64,000 nt of DNA from Felis catus (taxonomy: Eukaryota), in contig NC_058369.1 in assembly GCF_018350175.1 (NCBI RefSeq), positions 2,544,001 to 2,608,000 of the forward strand, read 5' to 3'. Below, piece by piece: positions 11,434 to 24,191 of the stretch. Numbering within the stretch: position 1 is the first letter of the stretch; every line of letters starts with the position of its first letter. Below the pieces are notes generated by a model that worked only from the letters and a program-made list of their open reading frames with translations, had not been told where the DNA came from and did not search any database. Made by a program: the position numbers and the translations under genes.

Positions 11434-13899
11434 AAAAATGTTCAGTTATACGTGGGCAACATGGGGAGAGTAGTCTGTGGATGACAGAAGACAGCAGGGC
11501 TTCCCTAAGCTAGCCTGCTCATTTGGCAGCTGGAGAAACTGAGGCACGGAGTGGGCAAAGGCTTGTGGACCTGGGCCCTCTGTCCTTGGTATGGGGGGAC
11601 AGGTCGTCAGGGCAGGGGAGCTCGCAGAGGCCCAGGCCCTGGCCCAGCTCAGGTGCTGCTGAGGGTCTGGGCCGGTCCTCAGGGGTCTCAATTTCCTTGA
11701 GCAGAAACTGTAGCTGAGAAGCCAGGCCCGTGGGGCTGGGAGCGGAGGGTATGTGACCCAGCAGCCCCCCAGCCTGCCGCCGTGGCCGGGGTGTGCCTGT
11801 CTCCTGGCCTTCCTGGTTCTTTCTGTGTTTCGGTCTTTCTCTCTGTTTCGTGTTGTCTCTCTGTCTCTCCTCGTCTCTGCCTCTTCCTGTGTGTCTCCCT
11901 CTCACTCCGCCCTCTCCTCCGTTCCCCCGTGTGCGTGTCTCTGTTCCTCACCTTCTGTGTCTCTCTCCCCCACTCTCTCTCTCTCTCTGCTTCTCTCGCG
12001 CACTCTCTCCCCCCTCCTTGTTTGAAGCCGGCTTTCCACATCTGCCTTCCGCCAAGGCCCGGGCTCTGACCCGCCGTCTGAATGCCTTACTCCGACCGCA
12101 CATCTGTGGGGTAATTGTCTCCTGCGACCACAAGGTACTGAGGCAAATTATAGTTACGGGCGGGGGCCCGCATGTGGGCGAACCGCGTCCGCTGGGCGGG
12201 GCTGCGCTGGCCTCTGCTGGGTGAGACGGCTGGGGCGTGGCCTCGCCTGGCCCCCGGCCCCTCCCCACCCCTCTTGCCAGACCTGCATCTTCTGTGGCAA
12301 TATGAAAATGCCTTTTGTAACAGTCAGCAGGAAACGCCATTGTTGGCAAAGGCCTGACCCCTTATTTATTCCCTCATTCATCCATTCAACAAATATATTA
12401 CTGAGCGTCGACTCTGTGCCAGGTGCTGTTCCCGACACTGAGGCCAAAGCCGGGAACAAGACGGGCGAAGGCCCTCGCCCTCCCGGAGCTGACACGCCAC
12501 TGGGGGTCACAGACAAGAAATAATCGCGACAAAGAACAGCGAAGCTGGGAGGGGGCGCGATTTTAAACGGGGTTGGGGGGGGTCACCTCCCTTTGGAGGT
12601 GACGTCTGAGCTGAGGCCCACAGGAGGGGAGGGGAGTTGCTGGGTGGAGGTGCCGCCCTCCCACACCTCGGGGGTGACTGCTTGCCGTGTGTCCCTAGGC
12701 TCCTGACCAGACTTCTCTGAGCCTCAGTTTCCCTGTCTGTACAATAGGGACACCCAAAGTCCTGGCCTCACACGGCCCTTGGGAGGGTGTGATCGTCGGC
12801 CTGGAGCAGAGCCAGTGGTTAAGAAATGGCTGCTGCGAATGACGAGGGTCCCAATAATTGGGTCTCTGGAAGCAATCGCAGCCCACTGCACGCACGGCCC
12901 CCCCGCCTGGGTGATGCCAGAGTCCCGGCGAGGACTCAGCTCCCCGTCCTGTCCTCCACGGGCCCCCAAGCTGGCGCAGATATTCTCAATCTGTGTGCCC
13001 GGGGTGGGGCCCGGGGACCGGAGGGAGTGGGTCACAGTGGGCATCGTCTTGCGAAGGAAAATGTGGCTGAGAACCCAGGCCTCTCAGGGTGGGAGTTAAG
13101 AGTGTGTGACCCAGACGGTGGGCGGGGCGGGGCTGGGTCTCTCTCTCTCTCTCTCTCTCTCTAACTCTCTCATGAGTGTATCTCTGTCTCTCCCTTTGTT
13201 TCTGTATCTCTGTTTCTCTTTGTCTCTAACTTTCACCCTCAGGGGGAGGTGGGGGATGTCGGGCTGGGTTTTGAAGGATGCACAGGAGTCCCTAGGTGAT
13301 AAAAGAACAAAGGTGTACCAGGCAGAGGGGACGCAGGGAAGCCAGGCCTGGGGACTGAACTGGGGGACACTGGGAACCATGGAGGGTTGCAGGCAGATGA
13401 GAGGGCCAGTCAGAGCCCCGTGTGAGGAAGAATGGTCCAGGTCGTTGGGGGACAGAGCAGAGAGGGTGAGCGTGGGCAGCCACGTTCCCCGTGTACGGGC
13501 AGCCTTGGTCCCCATGTACGTGCAGCACCTGCTGAACCCCGCCTGCTTCCTGTGCGGGGTCCTGACCGGCACACCGCCAGGCCACCCGGAAACCCGAAGG
13601 CAACGCTTTCCAGCCAGCCCCTGTCCCTGCCACATCGGAGCGCCTGGGCAGCCCTCACTGGGAAGTCCTTCCTGCCGTCTGCCTTCAGCCCCCACCCCCC
13701 AAACACTCCCAGTGTGGGGCCGGGACAACGGACTTACACAGAACATTGACGGTCTCGTGGAGACGGGGCACACACTCGGAGCTCCATAAATGCACGGCCA
13801 CGATCAGGCTGTGGAACGGAAGGAACCTCCCAGGCGCGCCTCTTCTCAGGGGCTGGGACAAGGAAGGAAAGGCTGAAATCATGAGAACAGCAGCCCCTT

Positions 13900-15150
13900 C
13901 TCTGAACCCCCAACCTCGGCGATTCTCTGCCCGCTTCCAGACGCTTCCAGGCGGGGAGCCCAGAGAGGGACAGCGACTGGGCCGAGAGAGATCAGAGATC
14001 CGCGCAGCCGGAGCTGAACAGCCCTCGCCGCCCCCCAAACCCAGGGCGCACCCTCCTCCCCCACGGCGCCTCCAGCCCCTCAAGACGTGCCCTCCGCCGT
14101 CCCACCGCCTCAGGCCTGGGGCCTGTTCCCCGGGCGGCCGGGATGGGGCGGTGGGCGGGTGGGAGGGGGCTCCCCGTGGCCCCGGGCGCTCTGCCCTGAC
14201 GGAGGCGACGGGGGAGGCAGAGGGGCGGGGGGCAGCCCGGACAAGCCACACACGCCTTCCGGGGGCGGGCGGGGGGTTGGGGGGGGGGGCATATGCCCAG
14301 TCGGAGCCTCATTCACAAATCCACGCTCGGGCGGGTCGCCGCCACACGCGCGCGCACACACACGCGCGCACACACACGCGCGCGCGCGGCCTCCTCCGGC
14401 TGCGGGTGGCCCCTCGGCGGGGATGGCCCGGCGGGTCTCGGATTAGCGCATCCTCGTCCCCGCCGCCCCGCCCGGCGCCGCCCCCCACCCCCCACCCCCC
14501 ACCCCGGGGCCGCCGCAGCCTCTTCCGACGCCCCGATGGGAGCCGGCTCCCCTGACCCCCAGCCCCGGCGGCCGGCCCAGCCCGCGCCGCTCTCCGAGTG
14601 ACGCGCGCCGGCCGCCCTCGCCCCCGGCCGAGCATGGAGGTGCCCGGGCCCCCCGTGTCCAGCAAGCCGGGAGAGACCTCGGTCAAGTGGCAGCTGTGCT
14701 ACGACGTGACGGCCAAGATGTGGTGGATGGTGAGTGGGGCGCGGGGCGGGGGCGGCGAGGGCCTCCCCGAGACCCGAGACTCTGGGGGCCCGGCGGTCCG
14801 GCGCGGCTGCGGCCGGGCCGTCCCGCCCCGGGAGTCCGCAGAAGGGGGCGAGGTGGTCAGAGCGGGGAAACCGAGGCCGGACCACGGAGGGAGCACCCTG
14901 CCGGAGTCCGCCACCTGGAAGCGTGGCCGAGGCCGCCCGGAAGGCGCCCGTTTGGTGGCCGCGGAGGGCACGGCGGGCGGCGGGGAGCCAGCCAGGGTGC
15001 AGAGCTGGTGTTGGCGCGGCCGTGACTCCTGTCGCCCCGGGGGCCTGTGGCACGAAGTTCTGAGCGCAGAGAGGGCTGGGGGCGGGGGGGACGAGGGGGG
15101 CCCCCAGGTGGGTGAACCGAAGGCGACCCTGGCCTCGCTTCTGGGCCCCC
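13900..15150. promoter_or_regulatory. CpG island, distal NFIC promoter
   Basis: Dense CpG and GC boxes surrounding the 14634 exon. Boundaries approximate. Confidence 0.8.
14634..14729 (+). CDS. NFIC: Distal alternative first coding exon of NFIC (MEVPGPPVSSKPGETSVKWQLCYDVTAKMWWM)
   Basis: Kozak AGCATGG, 96 nt, strong donor ATG|GTGAGT at 14730, phase 0 so in frame with exon 2. Has its own CpG island. The peptide resembles the recalled NFIA long N-terminus (…SIKWQLCYDISARTWWM-DEFHPF). Confidence 0.82.
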
Positions 15151-18100
15151 CTGACCCCAGGGAGGGAGTGGATGCCTTGCAGCGTCCACCCCTAAGACCC
15201 AGCACCCTTCCAGAAGCTTCCAGGCAGTGTGACCAGGACCCGGAGAGGGGATCCAGCCGGGGGAGGGGGGGGGACGGCCAAGGCCATGAGGCCAACACAC
15301 CACTGCCCGCTCCACCGTCCCGCTCCCCGTCCCCCCAGGAGCTGGCCCATCACCCACAGCCAGACTCTGAAAGCTTCCGTCAGCCATACAGCCCTGGGTT
15401 TGAACTGGACGTTCTCTGTGACCTCGGGTCAGTGGCTTCCCCTCTCTGGTTCTCAGGCTCCGCCACTGGGAAAACGGTTTGGGGCCTGGATGTCTCGGGC
15501 TTCTCTGCCAGGGCCCTGCCGCTTTCTGGGGAGAGTCGGGACTTGCGGGGGGGAGACGGGGCCTGGTGACCTCCGCGACCCCTCCGAGCCGCTGCCTCTC
15601 AGGTCCATCTGACCTGGGCGGGGTTGGGGGCAGTGGGGGCGCCTTCCTCAAGGTCAGGGTGTCGCTATCTTGGGATCCACGAGGGCAGATTTCCCCACAC
15701 TTCTGGGGAGCGGCACACGTTGGTTTTATGTGTCATTCCCCATTCAGCCAACATTTATTAAACACCTACCGCCTTCCCGTGCTGGGAGCACAGCAGTGAC
15801 CCAGACAAAGATCCCTGTCCCCTTGGGGCAGTGCAAAGTAAGACAACCACGAATGTAGAAAGGGTTATAAGGATCCGGAGGCGTTCGATAAGACTGGGCA
15901 ATCCAGGAGGGCTTCACTGAAGAGGTGACCTCTGCTCTGAGACCTGATGAGACCCGAATGAGACAGAATTCATTAGACGAGAAGGGGGACCATCATTCTA
16001 GGCAGCAGGAACAGCCCATGCAAAGGCCGTGGGGCAGGCCTGGGCCTGGCCTGTTGAAGGAACAGCAAGGAAGCCCATGTGGCTGGGGGAGAGAGGGAGG
16101 AGGGAAGGGCAGGGAGGGAGCAGGCCAGGTTGTGCAGAGCCCTGGGGGCCCAGGGAGGACTTGGGCTTCCACCCCAGGGAGGTGGGAGCCCTGGAGGGCT
16201 GTGGGCAGAGGAGGCCTGTTTCACATTTTTAAAAGCTCCCTTGGGCTTCTGTGGGGGAGAAGTCGTCCAGGGCTGACGTGGCAGCCAGAGACCAGGGGGG
16301 AGGCTAGGACAGCGTCAGGCCAGTGATGATGGCGACCCGGGGGTGGCGGAAAGAATGGCGGGAACTTCACAATGAACTTGAAAACGCAGATCACGGGGTG
16401 ATGTGTTCAAAGTCCCCCCTGCAAGTGAAGGGCAGAGCTGGGAACGGGAGAAAAGGCCTGCGGCCCCAGATCAGAGGTGAGGGCAGCGAGTCCCGAGTCC
16501 CCCTCGCCCAGCTCCCAGGTCCCCGGAAAGTCACGCTGCACTGGCCTTGTGAGACTGAGAACGTTCTTGTACAAACTTGCGGTGTTATCAACAGAGGTAG
16601 GAGGGCCGAGGCAGGGGGGATCGGGAGCCAGGGCAGGTGTCACCCCGGAACATATGCTGAAGAGGAAAGAGGCCGGGGTTCACCGGCCTGCAGGGAAAGA
16701 TTGAGAGTCAGGGCCTCCGCCCAGAACACAAGCCAGCCGGGCCAATTCTGTCAAATTGGCCACGTTCTCCTCAACCTGCCTCCGGGCTCAGCCCCAAGCT
16801 GGGTCATCCGGGAATCCCAAACAAGACCAGCCCCAGCCCCACCCGCGAGGAGCCCCCAAACACAAGAGCCGACCGCCCTTGGGCGCAGGAAGCCGGGCAG
16901 GGCCGGCGGGAGGGTCCGCACAACCCAGAGGGCAGAGCTTGGCGTCTGTCGGGCTCAGCTCCACTAGGGTAAAGACTTTCTCCTAAGTGGGTGGAAGGTA
17001 GTGAGGCACCTGAGACAGGAGGCAAACAAGCCCCAGCTGGTGGGGATCCCCCCGCTCTGAAGCAGAGTGTCTGGATGATTCTCAAGAGGTCCCCTTATGC
17101 TCAGAACATCAAAGCCCCCAAGATGACTGAGGGGCGCAGGCGGGCGTTCAGAATGGGGGCCCGGATGGGAGCGGGATCCCAGCCTCAGCGAGGCTCGGTG
17201 TCTCCGAAGTCAGGGGAAGTGGCGGCGCCCGTGGCCCAGAGACGCTCAGGGACCCAGGAAGTGGTCTAATTTTCACTCCTCGTCCAATCAGAAGGAAACC
17301 GTGAACATGGCCACTGTGTGTCCCTAGCAATGAATGCAGCCTCGATACGTGAATCATGTCATGTCCGTCGAGGAGTCAGGAGTGTGTCAGACCCTCAAAC
17401 GTCATCAAGCCGCCAAGTTCATTCAGTCCCTGTTCGTTTGGTCAAAGAGCAGGCAAAGCGGGGCGGGGCGTGAGTAACGGCCTCCTCCCCGCCGAGCGGT
17501 GCAGGAAATCCGGTCAGCTGCTGACCCCGGGGACGTGTCTTGCAAACTGTCGAGGGCCGTGCCCGGGTCGCAGCGACGGCAGGACAGACCATGGTTAGAC
17601 TCCAGGAAGGCTGCCCAGGTCGTGCGGCCCATTCAGTGAGTGCACCAGGACCACCCAGCCCCGCCCTTCCTGGGCCGGGGCACAGGAAACAGTAAGAGAG
17701 GAAATGAATAAACGCATGAGATTATTTCAAAGTGGGAGGAGGGCTGGGAGGACGTTGGAAGAGGGTGTTAGAAACTGGGTGAGCCAGGAAGGACTCTCTG
17801 AGGAGGTGACATGGCAGCCTGAGTGATCTCGATGGGCCAAAGGTCTGGGGGTGGGGGGGTTGGCAGAGAGCACAGCACGTGCAAAGGCCCTGGGGCACCA
17901 CCGGGTCAGGTATGTTGGGGAGAACAGCGAGCAGGCCAGTGTGGCTGGACCAGAGTGAAGAGCGAGGGGCAAGGAGGGGTCACGGTAGGTCCTGCAGGCC
18001 TTGTGGGCCTCGGGGAGGGCCTGGGCTTTATTCAGAGGGCACTAGGGAGCCCTGGGAGGGCTTTAAGCAGGGGAGGGCCTCCCCCATCTGCCCATCCGTG

Positions 18101-19822
18101 AGTGCTGCCCGCCACCTCCCCCGTCGTGCGCCCGGCGCTGGGGTGGGGGGTCGGGGGGTGCACGGTCTCCCCAGCCCCCAGCCTGCGCCCGCCCAGCCGC
18201 CGCCCACTCTGCCCACATCTGAGGCTCCGAGGAGCCGGACAGTCTGCTGCAAACCACGGAATGTTTCCCGGAGCGCCCGGGCCGGGAATGTCGGCGGCGG
18301 GGAGGGAAAGGGCGGGGAGCCCCGGAGAAGAGAGTCGGGGAGACACAGAAGGCAGGACCAGGGTGGGGGGCGGACCCCAGCATCGCTGGGCGCTGGTGGT
18401 GTCGACGGTCGGGACCCGCGATGCCCCTCACTTCAGAGACGGGGAAACTGAGGCACGGCGCTGTGAAGGGACTTGTCCACAGAGCTGGGGAGAGGCGGCA
18501 CCGCGACTCGAACCCGGGCCACCTGGCTGCGGAGCTGGGGCGCCACCGTCAGCCTACAGTGACGGAGTCGGGGTGGTACTTTTCGGTGACCGAACGAATG
18601 GACTGCGTCCGTAGGGGAAGGCAACACACAGCCCCCAGTTCAGCCTGGCACGAACCTGAGAGCCGGCGGCATCCATCAGCCCCCGTCCTGCCTTCTAGAA
18701 GCCCTTCCTATAGGGCACCCAAATTCTCCTTGCTGCTTTCTTCTCCGGGGCAGACAAATGCAGTGTCAGACCCTCCCCTGGGGGCACCTGGGGCTGCCCC
18801 TCCCGGAGAGGGTGGAGCTGGGGCACTGCTCCTTCTAGAAGTCATCAGAGAAGGGCAAGCCAGGACCCAGAGAGTCTGTGCTTCTGGGCCGTGCCCCAGC
18901 CCCAGGCCAAGCGCTCACAAGCTGATGACACTGTGCTTCTGTTCACCTTTGTACTCGGTGGCCTTGCAGACCTCCAGGGCTCTGCCTCTGGAGGGCCGAG
19001 CAAATGGCAGCGTGGAGGCATCTGGTCCTTTGATAGAAACTCACGGAGCAGGGAGTGCCCCTGGCCAGGGGGTCCCTGGAGGAGGTGGCATTTGAGCCAG
19101 GCCTGGAGGGATACTAAGGTTTTCCACACAAAGAGATTGCAGCAGGGCATTCCTGGCGCAAGGAACCGTTCAGACGAAGGTGTGGTCCAGGCGGGAATGT
19201 TCTGGGTGCAACAGAGCCGCCATAGGGAGAATGTGAGGCAGGGGTGGGAGGGGACAGTGGTGTGTGGAGCCAGACCTCGGTGGACCTTGAATGCTGAGCT
19301 GGGAAGCAGGGCCTTTCTCTCTCTCCAAGGCCATAGGGAGCCATGGCAGATGTTTGAGCGGGAGGGACACGGCCAGACAGAAGGCAGGTGTGGGGATTGG
19401 AATGAGGACCAGGAGGGGATGGGAGCAATGCTCTGGAGGGAGAAAAGAAGACCTGAGTCAAGGCCAGGACCAGGGGATGGATGAGGGAGACGCCCCGGCG
19501 GGGGAGAATGCACAGAAAATGGGACCAACAGTCCATGGGGAGTGACAGAGAGGCGAGAGACGAGGGTGGCGCTCACATTCCCACCTCAGGGTTGGGGAGC
19601 GATGGCGGGATTATCCATGAGATGGGACACTGAGGGAGGAGCAGGCTTGAAGGGGAGGATGCTGAGGCTAGGGACCCTGGGAGATGCTCTGGGGAGGGGG
19701 GACGCTGAGTAAGGTGTGGAGAAGTCACCTGGGGCCTAAAATGGTACCTGGTGCGTCTTTCATGATCAATAAATATTTGTCAACGGCATGGAGGGAGGGG
19801 TGAATTGAGGGAGGGATGATGA

Positions 19823-20760
19823 GTGGATGGATGGATGGATGGATGGATGGACAGACGGATGGACGGACGGACGGATGGGTGGATGGATGGATGGATGGAC
19901 AGATGGACGGATGGATGGATGGATAGATGGGTGGACAGATGGGTGGATAGACAGAGGGATGGATGGATAGATGGACGGATGGGTGGATGGATGGATGGAT
20001 GGATGGATGGATGGATGGATGGACGGATGGACAGATTGACAGATGGATGGACAGATGGACGGATGGATGAATGGATGGTTAGAGGGATGGATGGATGGAT
20101 GGGTGGGTGGATGGATCGATGGATGGATGGATAGATGGGTGGACAGATGGGTGGATAGATAGAGGGATGGATGGATAGATGGACGGATGGGTGGATGGAT
20201 GGATGGATGGACAGATGGACAGATTGACAGATGGATGGACAGATGGACAGATGGATTAATGGATGGTTAGATAGAGGGATGGATGGATGGATGGATGGAT
20301 GGATAGATGGGTGGACAGATGGGTGGATAGATAGAGGGATGGATGGATGGGTGGGTGGATGGATGGATGGATGGATAGATGGGTGGACAGATGGGTGGAT
20401 AGAGGGATGGATGGATAGATGGACGGATGGGTGGGTGGATGGATGGATGGATGGATGGATGGATGGATGGACAGATGGGTGGATAGATAGAGGAATGGAT
20501 GGATAGATGGACGGATGGGTGGGTGGATGGATGGATGGATGGATGCACAGATGGGTGGATAGATAGATGGATGGACAGATGGGTGGTTAGATAGAGGGAT
20601 GGATGGATGGATGGGTGGACGGATGGATGGACGGATGAGTAGATGGATGGACAGTGGGTGGATAGATAGAGGGATGGATGGATGGACAGATGGACGGATG
20701 GGTAGATGGATGGACAGATGGGTGGTGAGATAGAGGGATGGATGGATGGGCGGATGGAAG
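19823..20760. repeat. Compound (GGAT/GGAC/AGAT/GGGT)n tetranucleotide array, ~940 bp
   Basis: Directly visible. Confidence 0.97.
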
Positions 20761-21829
20761 CCAGAGAAATGGTTGTCCTGAACGTGCGCGGCGAAGAGCT
20801 CAGCAGGGCCCTAAGAAGCCCGCACTTCAGGCAGGGGGCATAGACTTGGGGGTCCCAGAAACCAGGCCAGTTGACCTCGCAGCTGTCTCTCAGTGAGGCC
20901 CTCCCACCCAAGCCCTTTCCTCTGCCTTCACTCCCCGTAATCGGCTTTGGGATTCGAAGTTCCTCTGCACACATACACATGGCTCAGCTCTGGGGGGCCC
21001 ACCGCAGACAAATCAGTGGAAAATTAAAATAGTGCCTGTATGCTGGTGATCGGCGGCCTCAGCTGGGCCACTTAATGACCCCTTTCTGGGGATTGTTACC
21101 AGCTGGAGGTGGCTGGGGGAGGGGGGTCAGAGCCAAGCCACCCAATCTGAAAGGGAGAGGGAGGGGTGGTCCCTGGGAACAGTGCTGCCGGGAGAGGAAA
21201 AGAGCCATGTGGTGGTCGTAACGGGCAGGGGAGGGTCAGGGAAAAACACGCCCCTGCACTCACCCGAGCCCCTGCATCCCTGCGGGTCCTCTCCCAGGGT
21301 CTTTCCCTTGCAGTCCCTCCTGCCGGGCCGCTCTTTCTCCCCCAGTTTGCCCCGGGGTAGCTCCAGCTCAGCTTTTAGGTCTCAGGCCCGTGTCACCACC
21401 TCCAGGAAGCCCTCCCAGACTAGATGGACTCTTCCAGGCATTTGCTCTGTGATCTTATCTTCCTGGACATGCAGGGGTTAAAAGCAAGACCTCCACTCTG
21501 CCAGTCGCCTGCTGTGTGTCCTTGGACAAGTCCCTTCCCTCTCTGTGCCTCAGTTTCCTCATCTAGAAACCAGGATAATGATAATCCCTTCTTCATAAGG
21601 CCGCGGAAAGGACTAAGTGAGCTCTTAAGAGGCAACTGGGATCTGTCGAGCATTTATCGTGTGCCACGCAAAGGACTGAGCGTGGCCACCAAACCCCGGC
21701 AATCTCATTTTAGGGGTGGGGTCACCGAGGCCCAGTGCCGCCATTGTGCGCCTGGACCAACACAACCTCTTCAGCTCTGAGCCCCAACCCCCCACCCCTC
21801 CGCCCCCGGCAGCTCTGGTCCTCACAGGC

Positions 21830-22435
21830 AGAACTCGCCTCAGCGGCCACCAGAGGGCACCCATGAGCACCCAAGTCAGGTTACCCCCTCCTTCCCTGCT
21901 CACCGCCCTCCAGGGCGCCCACCTCCCTCAGGGTAAAAGCCCAAATCCTCCCCATGGCCCCCAAAGTCCTGCACGACCTGCTCTGCCCCCTCCCTAGCCT
22001 CCCCTCCTCCCTATCACCCCTGGCTCAATGCTCCAGTCACACGGGCCTCCTCTCGGTTTCTTCAACGGTCCATTCAGGTCCTGCCCCAGGACCTTCGCAC
22101 GGGCTGTGCCCTCTGTTTCATACACCGTTGGCCAAATTGGTTTCGTCTCATTCCTCTGATCTCAGCTCAGATGGCACCTAGGGAACTCCCCCCACCCTCT
22201 CAACTAAAGTAGGTGTTTCTGCTGTTCTGTCTCTGGCCCCTCCCTCATTATTCCCATGAATGCAGTAATCACACTTTGAGATTATACTCTGTGTAGCTCT
22301 GTATCCCCTCGCTCGATGGGAGAACGGGAGCAGGATTCTGCCGTGGCCTTCTCTGGGTCCCCGGCACTCAGCATAGGGCATGGCACACAGTAGGTGCTAA
22401 ATAAACGTTTCCTGGGTAAATGAAGAGACGAATGC
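21830..22435 (+). mobile_element. L2 3' fragment (related copies: 35350-35967 +, 55740-56415 +, ~15900-16330 -, ~17760-18075 -, ~28790-29250 -, ~34920-35120 -, ~63800-64000 -)
   Basis: ccctccagggcgcccacctc...ctccagtcacacgggcctcc...tggcacacagtaggtgctaaataaa, the L2 terminus. Confidence 0.8.
21844..21862 (+). promoter_or_regulatory. CTCF core motif inside an L2 fossil
   Basis: CGGCCACCAGAGGGCACCC. Confidence 0.55.
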
Positions 22436-22533
22436 ATAAATATCACACAAATAGTATGGGGCGAAACGGTTACCTGAGCTCCAATCAATCACCTTCGTTT
22501 CCCCCAACCCTGGCTGACTTCGTGATTATTTTC

Positions 22534-23023
22534 TTTAATTTTTTTTTCAACGTTTTTTATTTATTTTTGGGACAGAGAGAGACAGAGCATGAATGGGGGA
22601 GGGGCAGAGAGAGAGGCAGACACAGAATCGGAAACAGGCTCCAGGCTCCGAGCCATCAGCCCAGAACCCGATGCGGGGCTCGAACTCACGGACCGCGAGA
22701 TCGTGACCTGGCTGAAGTCGGACGCTTAACCGACTGCGCCACCCAGGCGCCCCACGTGATTATTTTCAAATTAGGGCTTCAGGGAGTTCATTTTCCTTAT
22801 TTTAACTTTCTGAGTTTTTTACATTTTCAATGTGTTTATTTGTTTTTGAGAGAGCACGAGCAGGGGAGGGGCAGAGAGAGAGAGGGAGACACAGAATCCA
22901 AAGCAGGCTCCAGGCTCCGAGCTGTCGGCCCAGAGCCCGACGCGGGGCTCGAACTCGTGAACTGCAAGGCCATGGCCTGAGCCGAAGTCGGCCGCTCAAC
23001 CGACTGAGCCCCCCGGGCGCCCC
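22534..23023 (-). mobile_element. Two antisense CanSINEs (22534-22753 young SINEC_Fc; 22813-23023)
   Basis: TSDs CGTGATTATTTTC (22521, 22755) and TTAACTTTCTG (22802, 23024). Confidence 0.93.
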
Positions 23024-23485
23024 TTAACTTTCTGTTTTTAAGAACCGGTTCTATAGGGAACGAGACAGATCCAAAGGGCAGAAATAGACCCCAACACATC
23101 TGGAGGCTTTTCAGTTAGTGGAAAAATGACAATTTCTTTGATAAATTTTGATAAGACAGCTCTACGGGGGAAAAACCCACAAATGTTCTATTTTAGAATA
23201 ATTGTATATTTAGAGAAAAGTTGCACAGAGAGCACAGAGACTTCTTATATGCCCTCCACCCTGATTCCCCTAACGTGAAAATCTTTCTTAATGTTACACT
23301 TTAGTTTATTGTCCGATACCGAATTATTTGCTTTTTGCCCCCAATTTTTGTGGCTCTGCCTTTGGAGCCGTTTCACAGGGCTCCTGTGGTAGGACAACTT
23401 TTGAGCTATTCTTTGAGAAAAAGCCTTAAATTGCTTCCCTATACCATATCATTCACCGATATGCATTACAAATAGGTCAAATATT

Positions 23486-23691
23486 GGGCGCCTGGGGTGG
23501 GAGGCGCTCTGTCGGTTGAGCATCTGACTCTTGGTTTCGGCTCAGGCCATGATCTCATGGTTTGTGAGTTCAAGCCCCGTGTCGGGCTCCATGCTGACAG
23601 TGGGGACCCTGCTTGGGATTCTCTGTCTCCCTCTAACTCTGCTCTTCCCCACTCGTTTGTGCTCTCCCCCTTTCTCTCTCTCTCAAAATAA

Positions 23692-23736
<45 letters not shown>
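23486..23736 (+). mobile_element. CanSINE with (TA)n tail inside an old L1M fragment
   Basis: SINE head and body, then about (TA)20. Confidence 0.88.
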
Positions 23737-23745
<9 letters not shown>

Positions 23746-24191
23746 TAAAATACTGGAAGAAAATATGAGAGAAACTGTTTATAGAATCAGAATGTGAGGG
23801 CCTTTCTAGGCAAGAACAAAGCCCCAGAGACCATGAAAGACTTGGAAGTTTCACTACATAAAATTTAAAATGTTATGCCTGGCAAACAGTCCAGAAAACA
23901 AACAAACGTGAGAGAAATATTTGCAACATACTTGCAAAAGATTTTTACAAGGCCACGAATATGTAAAGAGTGCCTACAAATCAACGACAAAACATTAACA
24001 GAAAAGATATGCAAAGGACATGAATAGACCACCATAGGAAAGACTTGCAATAGATCAAAGGGAACAAAACCTATGAAAAGGGGTCTGACCTTAGTCACCG
24101 GAAGAGACACTCACGTGAAATCAACAATGGATAGCTACCATCCAGATTGCAAACGAGTAACAGTCTTGTGCTCTAGCTGTATAGACATGGG

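Noticed and set aside
14598..15569. 323-aa ORF as a single-exon gene
   Set aside because: Only 14634-14729 looks protein-like; a perfect donor follows and the remainder is GC-rich intron.
19823..20980. MDGW/PSIH-repeat ORFs or a CRISPR-like array
   Set aside because: Translations of the (GGAT)n array; no unique spacers, eukaryotic context.
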